Below, one piece after another: positions 62,857 through 64,000 of a DNA stretch of 64,000 nucleotides. The notes under the pieces are model-generated. The model ran no database searches. It saw nothing but the letters and a program-made list of their open reading frames with translations, and was not told the origin of the DNA. This DNA comes from Mobula hypostoma (taxonomy: Eukaryota): assembly GCF_963921235.1 (NCBI RefSeq), contig NC_086109.1, positions 8,186,001 to 8,250,000 on the forward strand. Direction: 5' to 3'. The number at the start of each line of letters is the position of its first letter. Within the stretch, counting starts at the first letter, position 1. The position numbers were made by a program, and so were the translations under genes.

Positions 62857-64000
62857 ATAGTCTAGGAGTGACAGGGACATGACTGGTTACAGCTGCTGTC
62901 AGGAGCTATTCTGATTAACTGTAAAGTATTCCTTCCATGAACTCATGTATCTTTTTGCATCCCTATGTTGAATGCCAGGGTACTGAGGAGATGAGAGAGG
63001 AAATTCTCTGATAGGTTGTCAGCTATATTGTTTTAGTTACTGTGATTCTTCCTTCTCTTCATAATGAAGTGATAGACATTGTACATTGTACCTTTTTATT
63101 TATTGTGTATTACATGCTCCATTTACAGACACAAGCTCTCCATGGTTTGTCTGTTTGCTGTGTTAAGAATGATATTGTAATTGTAACATCATTTGCATCT
63201 GTGGTAAACTTGATGGTGAATTTCACTATTTACGTCAGTGTGTTACTTTTTACGGTTTAACCAACAAAGTGATAGTTTGAATGACGAAGTTACCGATTAG
63301 AAAATACACCCCTGACCCCCCCCCCCAATCCTGGTAAGTGAACTTTTCTAGGACTGCTGATGTGCTGCAGTTGAGCTGCAACTCAGTGTGACTGATAAAT
63401 AGCACTGAGAGACAAAGTCAAATATAATGACACCATTTGATGCTCTGGTGATCACTTACGAATGCCATACATTGCGTAACTCAAGGACATTGATGAAATT
63501 AGAATGCATTAAAGTGGGCATTTTTTATACAAATGGTTGCCCCCGATTACTTTCAGCAAAATACACATTTGGAGATTTTTTTGATTCATGTCACCATATT
63601 AAATGCCATGTTTCAGTGACAGCCTTACCTTTGCTAGAGCAACTTAGATCAATACAATTTCTATCCCGACAAGTCACTTTACAATTCAGTCTTTGTGAAG
63701 AATGACCAAATTCGACAAAAAGTTAAAAAGTACAAAAATTTCAAAGGTAAATTTATTATTAAAGTAGCTGCATACATGTCTCTGTATATTAACATTTTCT
63801 TGTTGGCATTCACAATAAATTTAAAGAAACACAATAGAATCAATGAAAAAACTACACACAAAAACAGATAAACAAGCAATTTGCAAAAGGCAACAAATTG
63901 TGCAAACACAAATAAGGAAAAAAGCCAAAATATTAATAATAAATAATAAACATTGAGAACTTAAGTCCTTGAAAGTCCTTGAAAAAGTTATAGATTGTAT

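Overview
This is vertebrate genomic DNA, not prokaryotic. The repeat families suggest a cartilaginous fish, probably a ray; that assignment is pattern recognition and unverified. The window lies inside one large + strand gene for a plasma-membrane Ca2+-ATPase. Five GT-AG exons (27197-27394, 31961-32215, 42479-42604, 45674-45799, 60285-60320) splice in frame and encode TM1-TM2, the actuator domain (TGES motif) and the first cytosolic loop. The 36-nt exon (GKKQGVPENRNK) matches the PMCA4 splice-site-A exon, so the gene is called ATP2B4. The start exon and all later exons lie outside the window. The rest is intron filled with transposon relics: CR1, L2, Rex1/Babar and RTE-related LINE fragments, tRNA-derived SINEs, Tc1 elements, hAT MITEs, minisatellites and many Penelope-like (PLE) pieces. 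The most interesting non-coding signal is that the PLE terminal repeat carries a minimal type-I hammerhead ribozyme (CUGANGA-A-helix II-GAAAC-NUC). Roughly ten copies are present, three with intact cores on the pre-mRNA sense strand, and some lie inside fold-back insertions, with 12-14 bp target-site duplications at several PLE insertions. PLE hammerheads are a known class, so no wholly new system is claimed. Weaker leads are a pseudoknot at the 5' end of an RTE-derived repeat, an inverted duplication of host DNA around a Tc1 element, and a TE-free splicing-regulatory zone around the alternative exon. Most ORFs in the supplied track are spurious or transposon fragments. Transposon boundaries are approximate.
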